Position numbers and translations under genes: made by a program. From NCBI GenBank assembly GCA_902516395.1, contig CABXYN010000003.1, positions 13,355 through 77,354 on the forward strand: a stretch of 64,000 bases of DNA, written 5' to 3'. How positions within the stretch are numbered: the first letter of the stretch is position 1; each line of letters opens with the position of its first letter. The stretch comes from an uncultured Pelagibacteraceae bacterium (lineage in GTDB: Bacteria > Pseudomonadota > Alphaproteobacteria > Pelagibacterales > Pelagibacteraceae). This document shows positions 38,657 to 48,740 of the stretch, piece by piece. The notes under the pieces were generated by a model. The model saw only the letters and a program-made list of their open reading frames with translations, was not told the origin of the DNA and ran no database searches.

Positions 38657-39826
38657 ATGTCATTTACTAAAGACGAATATAAACAAAGATTAAAAAAAGT
38701 TCAGTCGATGATGCAGGATAAAGGTATTGAACTATTAATTTCTCACGACACAAATAATATGAATTATTTAACTGGTTATGATGCATGGTCTTTTTATTAT
38801 GCACAGTGTACAATTGTTCATGTTAACGCTGAAGAACCTTTATGTTTTGTAAGAGCGCAAGACTCAGGTGGTGCGTATATTAAAACTTATCTGAAAGATG
38901 AAAATATAATTATTTATGATGAAAATTATATTCATACATGGCCAAAACATCCTTACGATTATTTAGTTCAGATTATCAAAGATAGAAATTGGGATAAGCT
39001 TTCAATTGGGGTTGAAATGGATGCTCATTATTTTACTGCTTTTTGCTATGAAAAGATAAAACAAGGTTTACCAAATGCAAAAATAAAAGATTCAGAGAGA
39101 TTAGTTAACTGGGCAAGATTTGCAAAATCTGATGCAGAAATTAATTATATGAAAACTGCTGCACTCATTTCAGAAAAAGGAATGAGGACTGCAATGGAGA
39201 TAATAAAACCAGGAGTAAGACAATGCGATGCAGTCGGAGAAATACAAAAAACTTTATTTTATGGAACTCCTCAGTTTGGTGGAGAGTATTCAAGTATTGC
39301 TACACTTCTTCCAACAGGTAAAGGAACATCGGCATCACATTTAACAGCAACGCAGGACAAGTTTGTCGAGGGCGAAGCAACGATTGTTGAGTTATCTGGA
39401 GTTTATAAAAGATATCATGCGCCAATGGCCAGAACCATATTACTTGGAAAACCGGATCAATTAAAAATAGACACGATGAACAAAACTATCGAAGCTCTTC
39501 AAGCTGGAATTGATGCTACAAAACCTGGGAATACAGCAAATGATGTAGCGCAAGCTTTTTGGGGTATTTTAGATAAATATGGAATAGATAAAAAATCAAG
39601 AACTGGTTATTCAATTGGAATAGGTTACCCACCAGATTGGGGTGAGCATACTCTTAATATATATAAAGGAGAAATGACTGAACTAGTACCGAATGCTTGT
39701 TTTCATATGATAGCTGTAATGCAATTTGGTGATTGGGGAGTTGAAGCTTCGGAGGCTATAAGAGTTACTGACAAAGGATGCGAATTATTCTGCAATTTTC
39801 CAAAAGAGTTACACATTAAGAGCTAA
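38657..39826 (+). CDS. doeA: Ectoine hydrolase (DoeA/EutD, M24 family)
   Basis: YLTGYDAWSFY, LVNW.R..KS.AEI.YM, SRTGYSIG..YPPDWGE; these are DoeA/EutD signatures. Confidence 0.8.
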   Translation: MSFTKDEYKQRLKKVQSMMQDKGIELLISHDTNNMNYLTGYDAWSFYYAQCTIVHVNAEEPLCFVRAQDSGGAYIKTYLKDENIIIYDENYIHTWPKHPYDYLVQIIKDRNWDKLSIGVEMDAHYFTAFCYEKIKQGLPNAKIKDSERLVNWARFAKSDAEINYMKTAALISEKGMRTAMEIIKPGVRQCDAVGEIQKTLFYGTPQFGGEYSSIATLLPTGKGTSASHLTATQDKFVEGEATIVELSGVYKRYHAPMARTILLGKPDQLKIDTMNKTIEALQAGIDATKPGNTANDVAQAFWGILDKYGIDKKSRTGYSIGIGYPPDWGEHTLNIYKGEMTELVPNACFHMIAVMQFGDWGVEASEAIRVTDKGCELFCNFPKELHIKS

Positions 39827-39871
39827 TTAACTGTTGCAAACAAGTTAACTAAGTGTTTTAAAAACTAACCT

Positions 39872-40957
39872 ATGTCAAAAAAAGAAGATTTCGTAAAATT
39901 TGATAAAGTTGACAAAAGTTACGATGGAAAAGTATTAGTAGTTAAAGATTTGAATTTGGACATCGAAGAAGGTGAGTTTGTAACAATGCTTGGACCCTCT
40001 GGTTCAGGAAAAACCACATGTTTAATGATGCTCGCAGGTTTTGAAACCCCAACTAATGGAGAAATCTATTTAGATAAAAATCCAATTTCAAATATCCCTC
40101 CACACAAAAGAGGTATTGGAATGGTTTTTCAAAATTATGCTTTATTTCCACATATGACGGTTTTTGAAAATTTAGCTTTTCCATTAAGAGTAAGAAAAAT
40201 TTCAAAAGAAGATATAGATAAAAAAGTCGAAAAAGCATTATCTATGGTTTCGTTGTCAGGATTTGGTAATCGTATGCCTGGACAACTTTCTGGAGGTCAA
40301 CAACAAAGAGTAGCTGTTGGAAGAGCTTTAGTATTTGATCCTTCTGTTGTTTTGATGGATGAACCTTTAGGCGCTTTAGATAAAAATTTAAGAGAAAGTA
40401 TGCAATATGAAATTAAACATATTCATGAAAGCATTGGTGTAACAGTCGTGTATGTTACTCATGATCAAGGTGAAGCATTAACTATGTCAAACAGAATTGC
40501 AGTTTTCAATGATGGGAAAGTTCAACAACTTTCTAGTCCAGATAAGCTATACGAAGAGCCAGTGAATTCCTTTGTTGCTGAATTTATAGGAGAGAATAAT
40601 ACTTTCGCTGGAGAAATTTCAGATATATCAAATGGATCCTGTAAAGTTAAACTAGATAAGGGTGAAATAATTGCAAATCCAATTTCAGTTAAGTCTGTTG
40701 GTGAAAAAACTACAGTTTCAATTAGACCTGAAAGAGCATTGATTAATCCTAAAGATAAAATGGATAACAATCAAAAAGGTAAAATAGAAGAGGTTATATA
40801 TCATGGTGACCACACAAGAGTGAGACTTAACTTGCTTGGAAATTCAGAATTTATTTTAAAAGTTCCAAATAGTTCTCAGAATTTAGATATTAAACTTGGA
40901 AATGAGATTAATATTGGCTGGAATAGTCATGACGCTAGAGCTTTAGACCCAAAATAA
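39872..40957 (+). CDS. potA: PotA-like ABC transporter ATPase
   Basis: GPSGSGKTT, FQNYALFPHM, LSGGQQQR, DEPLGALDK, TOBE C-terminus. Confidence 0.9.
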   Translation: MSKKEDFVKFDKVDKSYDGKVLVVKDLNLDIEEGEFVTMLGPSGSGKTTCLMMLAGFETPTNGEIYLDKNPISNIPPHKRGIGMVFQNYALFPHMTVFENLAFPLRVRKISKEDIDKKVEKALSMVSLSGFGNRMPGQLSGGQQQRVAVGRALVFDPSVVLMDEPLGALDKNLRESMQYEIKHIHESIGVTVVYVTHDQGEALTMSNRIAVFNDGKVQQLSSPDKLYEEPVNSFVAEFIGENNTFAGEISDISNGSCKVKLDKGEIIANPISVKSVGEKTTVSIRPERALINPKDKMDNNQKGKIEEVIYHGDHTRVRLNLLGNSEFILKVPNSSQNLDIKLGNEINIGWNSHDARALDPK

Positions 40958-41055
40958 GCTAAATTATTACATTATTGTTAAAATCCCCTGTTGACTCTTT
41001 TTTCCTATGTTGCTGTACTTCGTTTTTTATAAAAAAACGTTTAAACGGAGGATAA

Positions 41056-42174
41056 ATGAAAAAATTAAGTAAATTATTACTTGCCGTAACTTTTGCTATC
41101 TCAGTATCTTCATCAGCATTTGCAGTAGTTGTTGCATCGTGGGGTGGAGCTTACACAGAAAGTCAAAAGCTAGGATATGGTGATCCAACTGCAAAAGCAT
41201 TGGGTATACCAATCGAATGGGTAGATTATTCTGGTGGATTATCAGAAATTAAAGCCCAAAAAGAAGCAGGAGCGATTACATGGGATATCATAGATGTATT
41301 CGCTTATGATACTATTAATGGTTGTGACGAAGGTATTTTTGTTGAATTTGATTTTGATAAAGACTTTCCACCAGCTCCAGATGGTACACCTGCAAGTGAA
41401 GACTTCTTTACAGACATGCCAAGTAAATGTGCTGTAGGAAATATTTTATATTCTTGGAACTATGCTTACAACAGTGATCTGTTAAAAAGTACTCCAAAAA
41501 CTATAAAAGATTTCTTTAACACAAAAAGATTTCCAGGAAAAAGAGCTATCTACAAAAGCGCACTTACAAACCTGGAAATTGCTTTAGCAGCTGATGGTGT
41601 AAAAATGGGTAAAGGTGGAGAATTTATTTACAAAAAACTAGAAGATCCAGCTTACGTAACTAGAGCTATGAACAAAATCAAAGCACTTTGTGAAGATCCA
41701 AATGGTGGATGTGTATTTTGGTCAGCAGGTGCTCAACCACCAGAATTATTAATGAGTGGTGAGGTTGTAATGGCAACTGGTTGGAACGGTAGATTTTTCA
41801 ATGCTGCAACTGGAGAAGGTGCTCCAATAGTTCAAGTTTGGGACGGACAAGGTCTTGACTATGAATATTTTGCATTAGTAAAAGGTGGACCAAACGAAGC
41901 AGACGCTATGAAAGCGTTAGCAATGATGACAAACACTGAAATGTTAGCAGGAAGTGCAAAATATATTGCATATGCTCCATGGAGAAAATCATCAATTGCA
42001 GTTATGGAAGCAGGAGAGCCTTGGTATAAAGATGGAAAAACAAACATGGTTCCACATATGCCAACAGCACCAGCTAACCTTAAAAAATACTTCTTAGTGA
42101 ACGCTGAGTACTGGGCTGATAACGGCACAGAGCTTGGTGAACAGTGGGAAGCTATGAAAGCTAGTATTAAATAA
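41056..42174 (+). CDS. potD: PotD/PotF-family substrate-binding protein (probably compatible-solute/polyamine binding)
   Basis: Signal peptide, SWGGAY..SQ, DFFNTKRFPGKR, GWNGR; GGAGG SD; codon use looks like a highly expressed gene. Confidence 0.8.
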   Translation: MKKLSKLLLAVTFAISVSSSAFAVVVASWGGAYTESQKLGYGDPTAKALGIPIEWVDYSGGLSEIKAQKEAGAITWDIIDVFAYDTINGCDEGIFVEFDFDKDFPPAPDGTPASEDFFTDMPSKCAVGNILYSWNYAYNSDLLKSTPKTIKDFFNTKRFPGKRAIYKSALTNLEIALAADGVKMGKGGEFIYKKLEDPAYVTRAMNKIKALCEDPNGGCVFWSAGAQPPELLMSGEVVMATGWNGRFFNAATGEGAPIVQVWDGQGLDYEYFALVKGGPNEADAMKALAMMTNTEMLAGSAKYIAYAPWRKSSIAVMEAGEPWYKDGKTNMVPHMPTAPANLKKYFLVNAEYWADNGTELGEQWEAMKASIK

Positions 42175-42209
42175 TTAGAGTTTTAAACACTTTAATTTTA
42201 TATTATATT

Positions 42210-42239
42210 AAGGGCGGTTACTACAACCGCCCTTTTTTT
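42210..42239 (+). terminator. Intra-operonic Rho-independent terminator/attenuator after potD
   Basis: AAGGGCGGTT-ACTAC-AACCGCCCTT followed by a T-run that abuts the potB ATG at 42240. Confidence 0.8.
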
Positions 42240-43493
42240 ATGAGCTCAGAAACACAAAAAATACTATCTACTGATGGAATTCCTTTAGAGGAAAGCCTTA
42301 AGCAAGCAGAAAAAAAAAATAAAATAAAAGCTTTTCTTTTAGTTACTCCATTACTTTTATTTCTAATCATTACTTACATCATTCCAATCGCAGACATGTT
42401 CTCTAGAAGTATAGATGACAAAATGGTTACCAATATGCTGCCTAAAACATACAAAGCAATGGAGCAGTGGGATGGAAAAGAACTTCCACCAGAAGAAGTA
42501 TTCGAAGCTTTTTATTTGGATTACAAAATTTTGGTAGAAAATAAAACAGCAGGTAGATTACAAACCCAACTTAATTACGAGAAAAATGGTTTTAAGAGTG
42601 TATTAAAAAAATTAGCTAGAAAACAAAAGAAATTTGAGGAGGGGAACTATAAAGAGCAAATCATGAAAGTGCATAAAAGGTGGAGAAATGTAGATTATTG
42701 GAGAGCAATAAAAAGAAGAGCTCCAGCTTACACTTACTCAAAATATTTGAAGGGCGTTGACATGTACTCTAATGAACAGGGTAAAATTGTACAGGTATCT
42801 GAAAATAGACGAATTCATAGAATTTTATGGTCACGAACATTAGAGGTAGCTTTTTTTGTAACTCTTTTTTGTTTTTTAATGGCTTATCCAATTGCACATT
42901 TATTAGCAACTCTTCCAATGAAGTATAGTAATTTGCTCATGATTTGTGTGCTGCTTCCATTTTGGACCTCACTACTTGTGAGAACTGCCAGTTGGATGAT
43001 TTTGTTACAACAACAAGGACTGGTAAATGACTTTTTTGTATGGATCGGTCTTGTTACAGACGATAATAGGCCAGAGATGATGTACAACAAAACAGGGACT
43101 TATGTTGCTATGACACAAATACTTTTACCATTTATGGTATTACCTTTGTATAGTGTTATGAAAACAATCTCTCCAAGTTTAATGAGAGCTGGAAAATCTC
43201 TAGGGGCAACTCCTGGTGTAGCTTTTTTTAAAATTTATTTTCCACTTACAATACCAGGAATTGGAGCAGGCTGCTTATTAGTTTTTATACTTGCAATTGG
43301 TTATTACATAACTCCAGCTCTGGTAGGAGGAGCGTCTGGAACACTTATAAGTAATCAGATAGCTTATCATATGAAAAGTACTTTAGATTGGAGCTTTGCT
43401 TCTGCAATGGGATTAATGTTGTTGACTGGAGTATTAGTTATTTATTGGATTTATAACAAACTTGTAGGAGTTGATAATATCAAACTAGGATAA
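42240..43493 (+). CDS. potB: PotB-like ABC permease (with a large periplasmic insertion)
   Basis: LLPFWTSLLVR, LPFMVLPLYS, SLGA, GYYITPALVGG. Confidence 0.88.
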   Translation: MSSETQKILSTDGIPLEESLKQAEKKNKIKAFLLVTPLLLFLIITYIIPIADMFSRSIDDKMVTNMLPKTYKAMEQWDGKELPPEEVFEAFYLDYKILVENKTAGRLQTQLNYEKNGFKSVLKKLARKQKKFEEGNYKEQIMKVHKRWRNVDYWRAIKRRAPAYTYSKYLKGVDMYSNEQGKIVQVSENRRIHRILWSRTLEVAFFVTLFCFLMAYPIAHLLATLPMKYSNLLMICVLLPFWTSLLVRTASWMILLQQQGLVNDFFVWIGLVTDDNRPEMMYNKTGTYVAMTQILLPFMVLPLYSVMKTISPSLMRAGKSLGATPGVAFFKIYFPLTIPGIGAGCLLVFILAIGYYITPALVGGASGTLISNQIAYHMKSTLDWSFASAMGLMLLTGVLVIYWIYNKLVGVDNIKLG

Positions 43494-43495
43494 TT

Positions 43496-44350
43496 ATGGC
43501 TTTACCAAAATATACTGAACCCCATTATAGAATCTGGCATTATTTTTATCTTTTTGTATGTGGATGTGTATTTTTCTTTTTAATTGCACCATTGTTTGTA
43601 ATTTTTCCATTATCATTTAATGCAGAAGAATTTTTAGTTTTTACAGATGGAATGATGAGACTTGATCCAGATGCATTTTCTACGAGATGGTACAAAGATA
43701 TGGTCTATGGAACAAAAAACCCTTGGGGCTTAGCTGCAAAAAATAGTTTTATAATTGCAATATTTGCAACCATTGGTTCAATTATACTTGGTACATTAGC
43801 TGCCTTAGGTTTGAGCAGCAGACATATGCCCTATAAAGGTTTGATAATGGCGATTTTAATTTCTCCCATGATAGTTCCTTTAATTATTTCAGGTGTTGCA
43901 ATTTTCTTTTTTATGGCAAAAGCAGGTTTAGCCGCAACACACTTAGGTATAATTTTAGCCCATATTATTTTAGGAACTCCATTTGTGGTAATTACAGTTA
44001 CTGCTACACTATCAGGGTTTGATCATAGCATAACTAGAGCTGCATCTAGTTTGGGCAGCAATCCTTTCAATACTTTTATGAAAATTACCTTACCATTAAT
44101 ACTACCTGGAGTTATTTCTGGTGGTTTATTTGCATTTGTTACATCTTTTGATGAGGTTGTGGTGGTATTATTCTTGGCTGGGTTAGATAACACTACAATA
44201 CCAGTTCAAATGTGGACTGGTCTTAGAGAGCAACTTAGTCCTACAATTTTAGCTGTAGCAACATGTTTAATTGTTTTATCAATATTAATTTTACTGACAG
44301 CTGAGCTTTTAAGAAGAAGATCTGAAAGATTAAGAGGAATAAATAGATAG
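43496..44350 (+). CDS. potC: PotC-like ABC permease
   Basis: SPMIVP, AASSLG, FVTSFDEVVV. Confidence 0.88.
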   Translation: MALPKYTEPHYRIWHYFYLFVCGCVFFFLIAPLFVIFPLSFNAEEFLVFTDGMMRLDPDAFSTRWYKDMVYGTKNPWGLAAKNSFIIAIFATIGSIILGTLAALGLSSRHMPYKGLIMAILISPMIVPLIISGVAIFFFMAKAGLAATHLGIILAHIILGTPFVVITVTATLSGFDHSITRAASSLGSNPFNTFMKITLPLILPGVISGGLFAFVTSFDEVVVVLFLAGLDNTTIPVQMWTGLREQLSPTILAVATCLIVLSILILLTAELLRRRSERLRGINR

Positions 44351-45475
44351 TTAGTTAATAGATTCAATTACTGTAGCAATTCCCATACCCAAACCAATGC
44401 ATTGAGTAGATAAAGCATACTTTTTATTTTCTCTCTGAAGTAATTCAGCAGCTTTACCTGTAATTCTTGCACCTGTTGCTCCAAGAGGATGTCCAAGAGC
44501 AAGTGCTCCACCATCTAAATTAACTTTATCTTTATCTATACCTAAATCTTTAATGCATGCTAATGATTGTGAAGCGAAAGCCTCATTTAATTCAACAATA
44601 TCAATTTTATCTGCTGGCAAATTAGCTCTTTCTAAAGCTTTCCTTGATGCTCCAATTGGACCCAATCCCATATAGTCAGGGTCACAACCTTGTACTGCCG
44701 TAGACACAATTCTTCCCAAGATATTTAAATTATTTTCCTTTGCATAACTTTCTTCACAAATTAATGTTGCAGCTGCACCATCGGTTAAAGGTGAAGAAGT
44801 TGCCGCTGTAACAGTACCATTTTCATCAAATGCAAGTTTTAATCCGTCTAATTTTTCCATTGTGCTACCTGGTCTAATATTTCCATCAGTATCACAATCA
44901 CCAATAGATACTATTTCATTTTTAAAATTTCCTTTTGTTTGAGCTTCATGCGCTTTCTGATGACTTGAGATCGCAAATTCCTGCTGCTCGTGTCTTGAGA
45001 TATTATATTTTTTAGCAACATTTTCAGCGGTAGTTCCCATTGAAAAATATACATGAGGATTATCATTTTTATTTTCAGGATAAGGTATCGGGTCAAATCC
45101 TGTATTAACTCTGGTCATACTTTCAACTCCTCCACATATAAATACTTTTCCTGCACCTAATGAAATTTTACCTGCAGCGATATGAATAGCTTCCATTGAA
45201 GAACCACACCATCTATCAACTGTCATCCCTGAAGTTTTGACATCCATATTAGTCAAAAATGTTGTTAGTTTTCCAATATTGAATGACTGTTCTCCAGTTT
45301 GGAATGCACAACCAACTACAATATCTTCAATATCATCTTTTTTAACATTGGTTTTGGAAACTAAATTTTTAATCACCTCTGCTAATAAATTAACGGGTTT
45401 TGTATCTATGAGAGCACCTTTTCTCGCCATTGTAAAAGGTGATCTAGAGAAGCCGGCAATAACAGGTTTAAACAT
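44351..45475 (-). CDS. Acetyl-CoA C-acyltransferase (thiolase)
   Basis: DRWCGSS, NEAFA, GHPLGATG, CIGLGMG. Confidence 0.92.
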   Translation of the reverse strand: MFKPVIAGFSRSPFTMARKGALIDTKPVNLLAEVIKNLVSKTNVKKDDIEDIVVGCAFQTGEQSFNIGKLTTFLTNMDVKTSGMTVDRWCGSSMEAIHIAAGKISLGAGKVFICGGVESMTRVNTGFDPIPYPENKNDNPHVYFSMGTTAENVAKKYNISRHEQQEFAISSHQKAHEAQTKGNFKNEIVSIGDCDTDGNIRPGSTMEKLDGLKLAFDENGTVTAATSSPLTDGAAATLICEESYAKENNLNILGRIVSTAVQGCDPDYMGLGPIGASRKALERANLPADKIDIVELNEAFASQSLACIKDLGIDKDKVNLDGGALALGHPLGATGARITGKAAELLQRENKKYALSTQCIGLGMGIATVIESIN

Positions 45476-45491
45476 AATTATAAATATAAGG

Positions 45492-46658
45492 TTAATCTGG
45501 AAATGGTAAAGAAGTTATAATGCCTTTTCTATTTTTTCCATTGAAAGTATTTACAAAAACCTCATTTCCAATTTCCCAGTAATCTTTTAAAATCATAGAA
45601 AGACCAATATTTTTTTTAAATCTTGGAGAATATATTCCAGAAGCAATTTGGCCAATTTTTACATTATCCTTTGAATATACTGGTAGAGGCACACCGGTTG
45701 GCTTACATGGATCTCCATCAAACAAAATTCCTCTCATTTTCTGAACTATTCCATCAGATTGGATCTTTCTTAGAGCTTCTTTACCTATAAAATCGTGATC
45801 ATCTTCTTGTTTGCAGTATTTTTCAAGATTGCACTCCAAAGGATTATTTTCTTTTGTAAAATCATTTCCGTAAGACATTAACCCTGCCTCAATTCTATCA
45901 ATTAAATTTGGACATCCTGGGGAAATATTAAATTTTTGTCCATTCTCCCAAACAGTGTCCCAAAGTTTTTCTCCGAGTTCTATCTCATTAAAATGAGTTT
46001 CAAATCCCTTAAAATATATTTCAAAACCGTCTTGTTTACTATATCCTGATCTGGCAATAATTTGTTTAGTTCCTAAAAAATCAAAAACTTTAAAATTAAA
46101 AAATTTTAACTTCTTTATATCCTCCCCAAATATTGAAATTAGAAGATCTTCAGATTTGGGACCCTGAATAGCCAGTGGATAGACATCTGGTTCGATAATT
46201 TCTACATTTAATTTTGATCCTAAAGCAATACCTTTTGCCCAAAGTAAAATATCTGAATCTGCAATAGAAATCCAAAACATATCGTCATCTAGTTTTAGTA
46301 AAACTGGATCGTTAATCATACCAGCTGTTTCATCAATTATTGGAATATAAAAACATTTACCTGTTTCCATTTTTTTTATGGATCGGGGCGTCATCTTTTG
46401 CACAAGTTTTTCAGCATCAGGACCTGTAATTTGAACTTGTCTTTGACAAGACACATCCCAAACTTGAACCTGTTCTCTTAAATGCCAATAATCTTCTTCT
46501 ACAGTATTTTTAAAACCTTTAGGTAGTAGCATATGATTGACAACAGTAAAATCAGATACTCCACATTCCTCTACTTTATTTGTAAATGGAGTTCGTCTTA
46601 TACGCCTAGACATATTTAATTTTATATTTTTTTGTGGAATTAAATTTTCTTTACTCAT
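45492..46658 (-). CDS. dmdA: Dimethylsulfoniopropionate demethylase DmdA (GcvT family), divergent variant
   Basis: SRRIRRTPF, NHMLLP, QVWDV..RQV, NDPV.LKL, SIADSD, ARSG.SKQ.G.EIY, GCPNLI.RIE.GL.SYGND; DmdA signatures as recalled. Confidence 0.8.
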   Translation of the reverse strand: MSKENLIPQKNIKLNMSRRIRRTPFTNKVEECGVSDFTVVNHMLLPKGFKNTVEEDYWHLREQVQVWDVSCQRQVQITGPDAEKLVQKMTPRSIKKMETGKCFYIPIIDETAGMINDPVLLKLDDDMFWISIADSDILLWAKGIALGSKLNVEIIEPDVYPLAIQGPKSEDLLISIFGEDIKKLKFFNFKVFDFLGTKQIIARSGYSKQDGFEIYFKGFETHFNEIELGEKLWDTVWENGQKFNISPGCPNLIDRIEAGLMSYGNDFTKENNPLECNLEKYCKQEDDHDFIGKEALRKIQSDGIVQKMRGILFDGDPCKPTGVPLPVYSKDNVKIGQIASGIYSPRFKKNIGLSMILKDYWEIGNEVFVNTFNGKNRKGIITSLPFPD

Positions 46659-46659
46659 T

Positions 46660-46995
46660 TTATTTAGACCACCAAACTGTGTAGCTATTTTTAGAAATTA
46701 TAATTGGAATATGATATTTTTTATTTTGATCTTCCATCTTAAATTTAATGTTAATCTCAGAAACTATTTTTTTTTCTGAAAAATAATTTCCAGTTTTACA
46801 AACCATTTCATACTCACACTTGCAGTCGTCTTTACTTAATTCAAATTCTTGCAGTATTCGTCCACCTTCATCAGATTTAGTTTCGCAGAAAACTTTCTTT
46901 TCTCCATTTTCATTAATTTGATAAATAATTACTTCAACATTTGCAGCGTGCGAGCCATTTGTTGCATCTAATAAGTGAGAAGAGAAAGTTACCAC
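46660..46995 (-). CDS. Transthyretin-like / 5-hydroxyisourate hydrolase-like protein
   Basis: SSHLLD..NG..A, GGRI, YF, YHIPIIIS; GTG start; lacks the canonical C-terminal YRGS. Confidence 0.75.
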   Translation of the reverse strand: MVTFSSHLLDATNGSHAANVEVIIYQINENGEKKVFCETKSDEGGRILQEFELSKDDCKCEYEMVCKTGNYFSEKKIVSEINIKFKMEDQNKKYHIPIIISKNSYTVWWSK

Positions 46996-46997
46996 AA

Positions 46998-48740
46998 TTA
47001 TTCTATTGATGATTTTTCTCTTTTACTTGCAACTGCAGAGACTATTGGGCTTAATACAGGTTTTGCTTTAACATTTACGCATGCTGGTTTTCCACTTTCC
47101 ATAGCTCTTTTAAGTGCTGGGCCTAGTTCTTCCCTTTTATTAACTAATTCTCCATGTCCTCCAAAACCCTCAAATATCTTATGAAATGGTATATCACGAA
47201 AATCAGTTCCTACACTTTTTCCACTTTTAAATAACCTTTCTTGTTGCTGGCCAATTGAAGCAAGACCCCCGTTATTATCAATTACAACAGTAATAGGTTT
47301 TTTTTCATAAAATACACTTTCAATAGACATGCCTCCTGATAAAAACGCACCATCTCCACTAATCAGAACTACATTTGAATCTGGACTGTAGTTTTTAGCA
47401 GATAAAGCGAATGAAACTCCAACACCTAACATGCTAAAAGTTCCAGGATGCAATATACCTTTTAATTTTTTCCCTTTGGCACCTGCGATGTTAATTGCAA
47501 TTTCAGACCAAAAATGAGTATTTCCTCCATCGATAACAAGCCAATCATTTTCACTCATTGCATCTTGAACATCCAATGAAAGTTGTAGAGGGTGAATTTT
47601 TCCTCCATTTTTTTTAGATGCTTCAGCTTCAATTTCTAAATCTTTTAATGATTTATCTACCCATTCTTTCTTCTTTTTTTTATTCTCTTCAAACCAATTT
47701 GTATTTAAAGACCATTTATTATTTTTTTTTAAGTTGGATAATGTATCTAAAAAAACACCAGGATCACTTAGTAAACTAAAATCTGCAGCTCTATTAAGTT
47801 CTAATTCTTCATGTGAACCATTCACACAAACTAATTTAGTTGTTTCTGGTATAAAAGGTGGATTTCCGAAATTTAGTTGATTATCTAATCGTGCTCCAAC
47901 TACAAGAACTAGATCTGAATTTTGTAATGCAAATTCTGAAGGAGGGTATTGATGTATATCAGCCAAGCCCATATAAGCGTTAGCTTCTTCTCCTAATAAT
48001 TTTTGATGATATGGGACATTAAAAATTGGTATATTTAAATTATTACCCGCTGCCTCAAGATTTTTTTCTGAATGTGACCACCAAACACCGTGTCCACCAA
48101 TAATAACTGGTTTTTTTGAATTACAAGCAAGTTCTAAGACTTTAGATAGTGAATTTGGATCTGGCCACGCTTTGGCTATAGGTTTTGCTTTTTGAGAATA
48201 TGGTCTTTCTTCTAAACCAACTTCCTCTGCAAAAGATGAAAACATAATATCAACAGGAAGACTAAGATGAACAGCACCTGGATATCCGTTAGTTGCAATA
48301 TGATATGCTTTGTCTACAAATTCCCTTATTCTATTTCCATCAGTAATACTTGCGCTATATTTGGTTAAAGGGGCTGCAATTGAAACATCGTCAATTTCTT
48401 TAAAACCACCTGAACCTTGCCTTTTAAGACTGCTAGATCCGGTAATATAAATAATTGGACTTCTCTCGCCCCAAGCCTCCATCATTGAAGGGACTGCATT
48501 TGTAAATCCTTCGGGTCCAACTAAACATACTGATGGTTTACGAGTAATTCTTGTATTACCATCCGCCAAGTGACCTGCGATCTGCTCATGAGGAGTGTTT
48601 ATAACTTCAATTTGGCATTCAGCAAAACCTTCAATTGCTGGATTACAAAAACCTCCTGAAAGCGTAAAAACTTTGGTAATTCCCTTATCTTTTAGGGCTC
48701 TTGCAAGTAATGCTCCACCTCTAATTTTGTTTTCACTCAT
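46998..48740 (-). CDS. Thiamine pyrophosphate-binding enzyme (acetolactate synthase/2-hydroxyacyl-CoA lyase/decarboxylase superfamily)
   Basis: FTLSGG, PHEQ.A...ADG, GARLD, DGGN, GDGAF...NNGG. Confidence 0.85.
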   Translation of the reverse strand: MSENKIRGGALLARALKDKGITKVFTLSGGFCNPAIEGFAECQIEVINTPHEQIAGHLADGNTRITRKPSVCLVGPEGFTNAVPSMMEAWGERSPIIYITGSSSLKRQGSGGFKEIDDVSIAAPLTKYSASITDGNRIREFVDKAYHIATNGYPGAVHLSLPVDIMFSSFAEEVGLEERPYSQKAKPIAKAWPDPNSLSKVLELACNSKKPVIIGGHGVWWSHSEKNLEAAGNNLNIPIFNVPYHQKLLGEEANAYMGLADIHQYPPSEFALQNSDLVLVVGARLDNQLNFGNPPFIPETTKLVCVNGSHEELELNRAADFSLLSDPGVFLDTLSNLKKNNKWSLNTNWFEENKKKKKEWVDKSLKDLEIEAEASKKNGGKIHPLQLSLDVQDAMSENDWLVIDGGNTHFWSEIAINIAGAKGKKLKGILHPGTFSMLGVGVSFALSAKNYSPDSNVVLISGDGAFLSGGMSIESVFYEKKPITVVIDNNGGLASIGQQQERLFKSGKSVGTDFRDIPFHKIFEGFGGHGELVNKREELGPALKRAMESGKPACVNVKAKPVLSPIVSAVASKREKSSIE

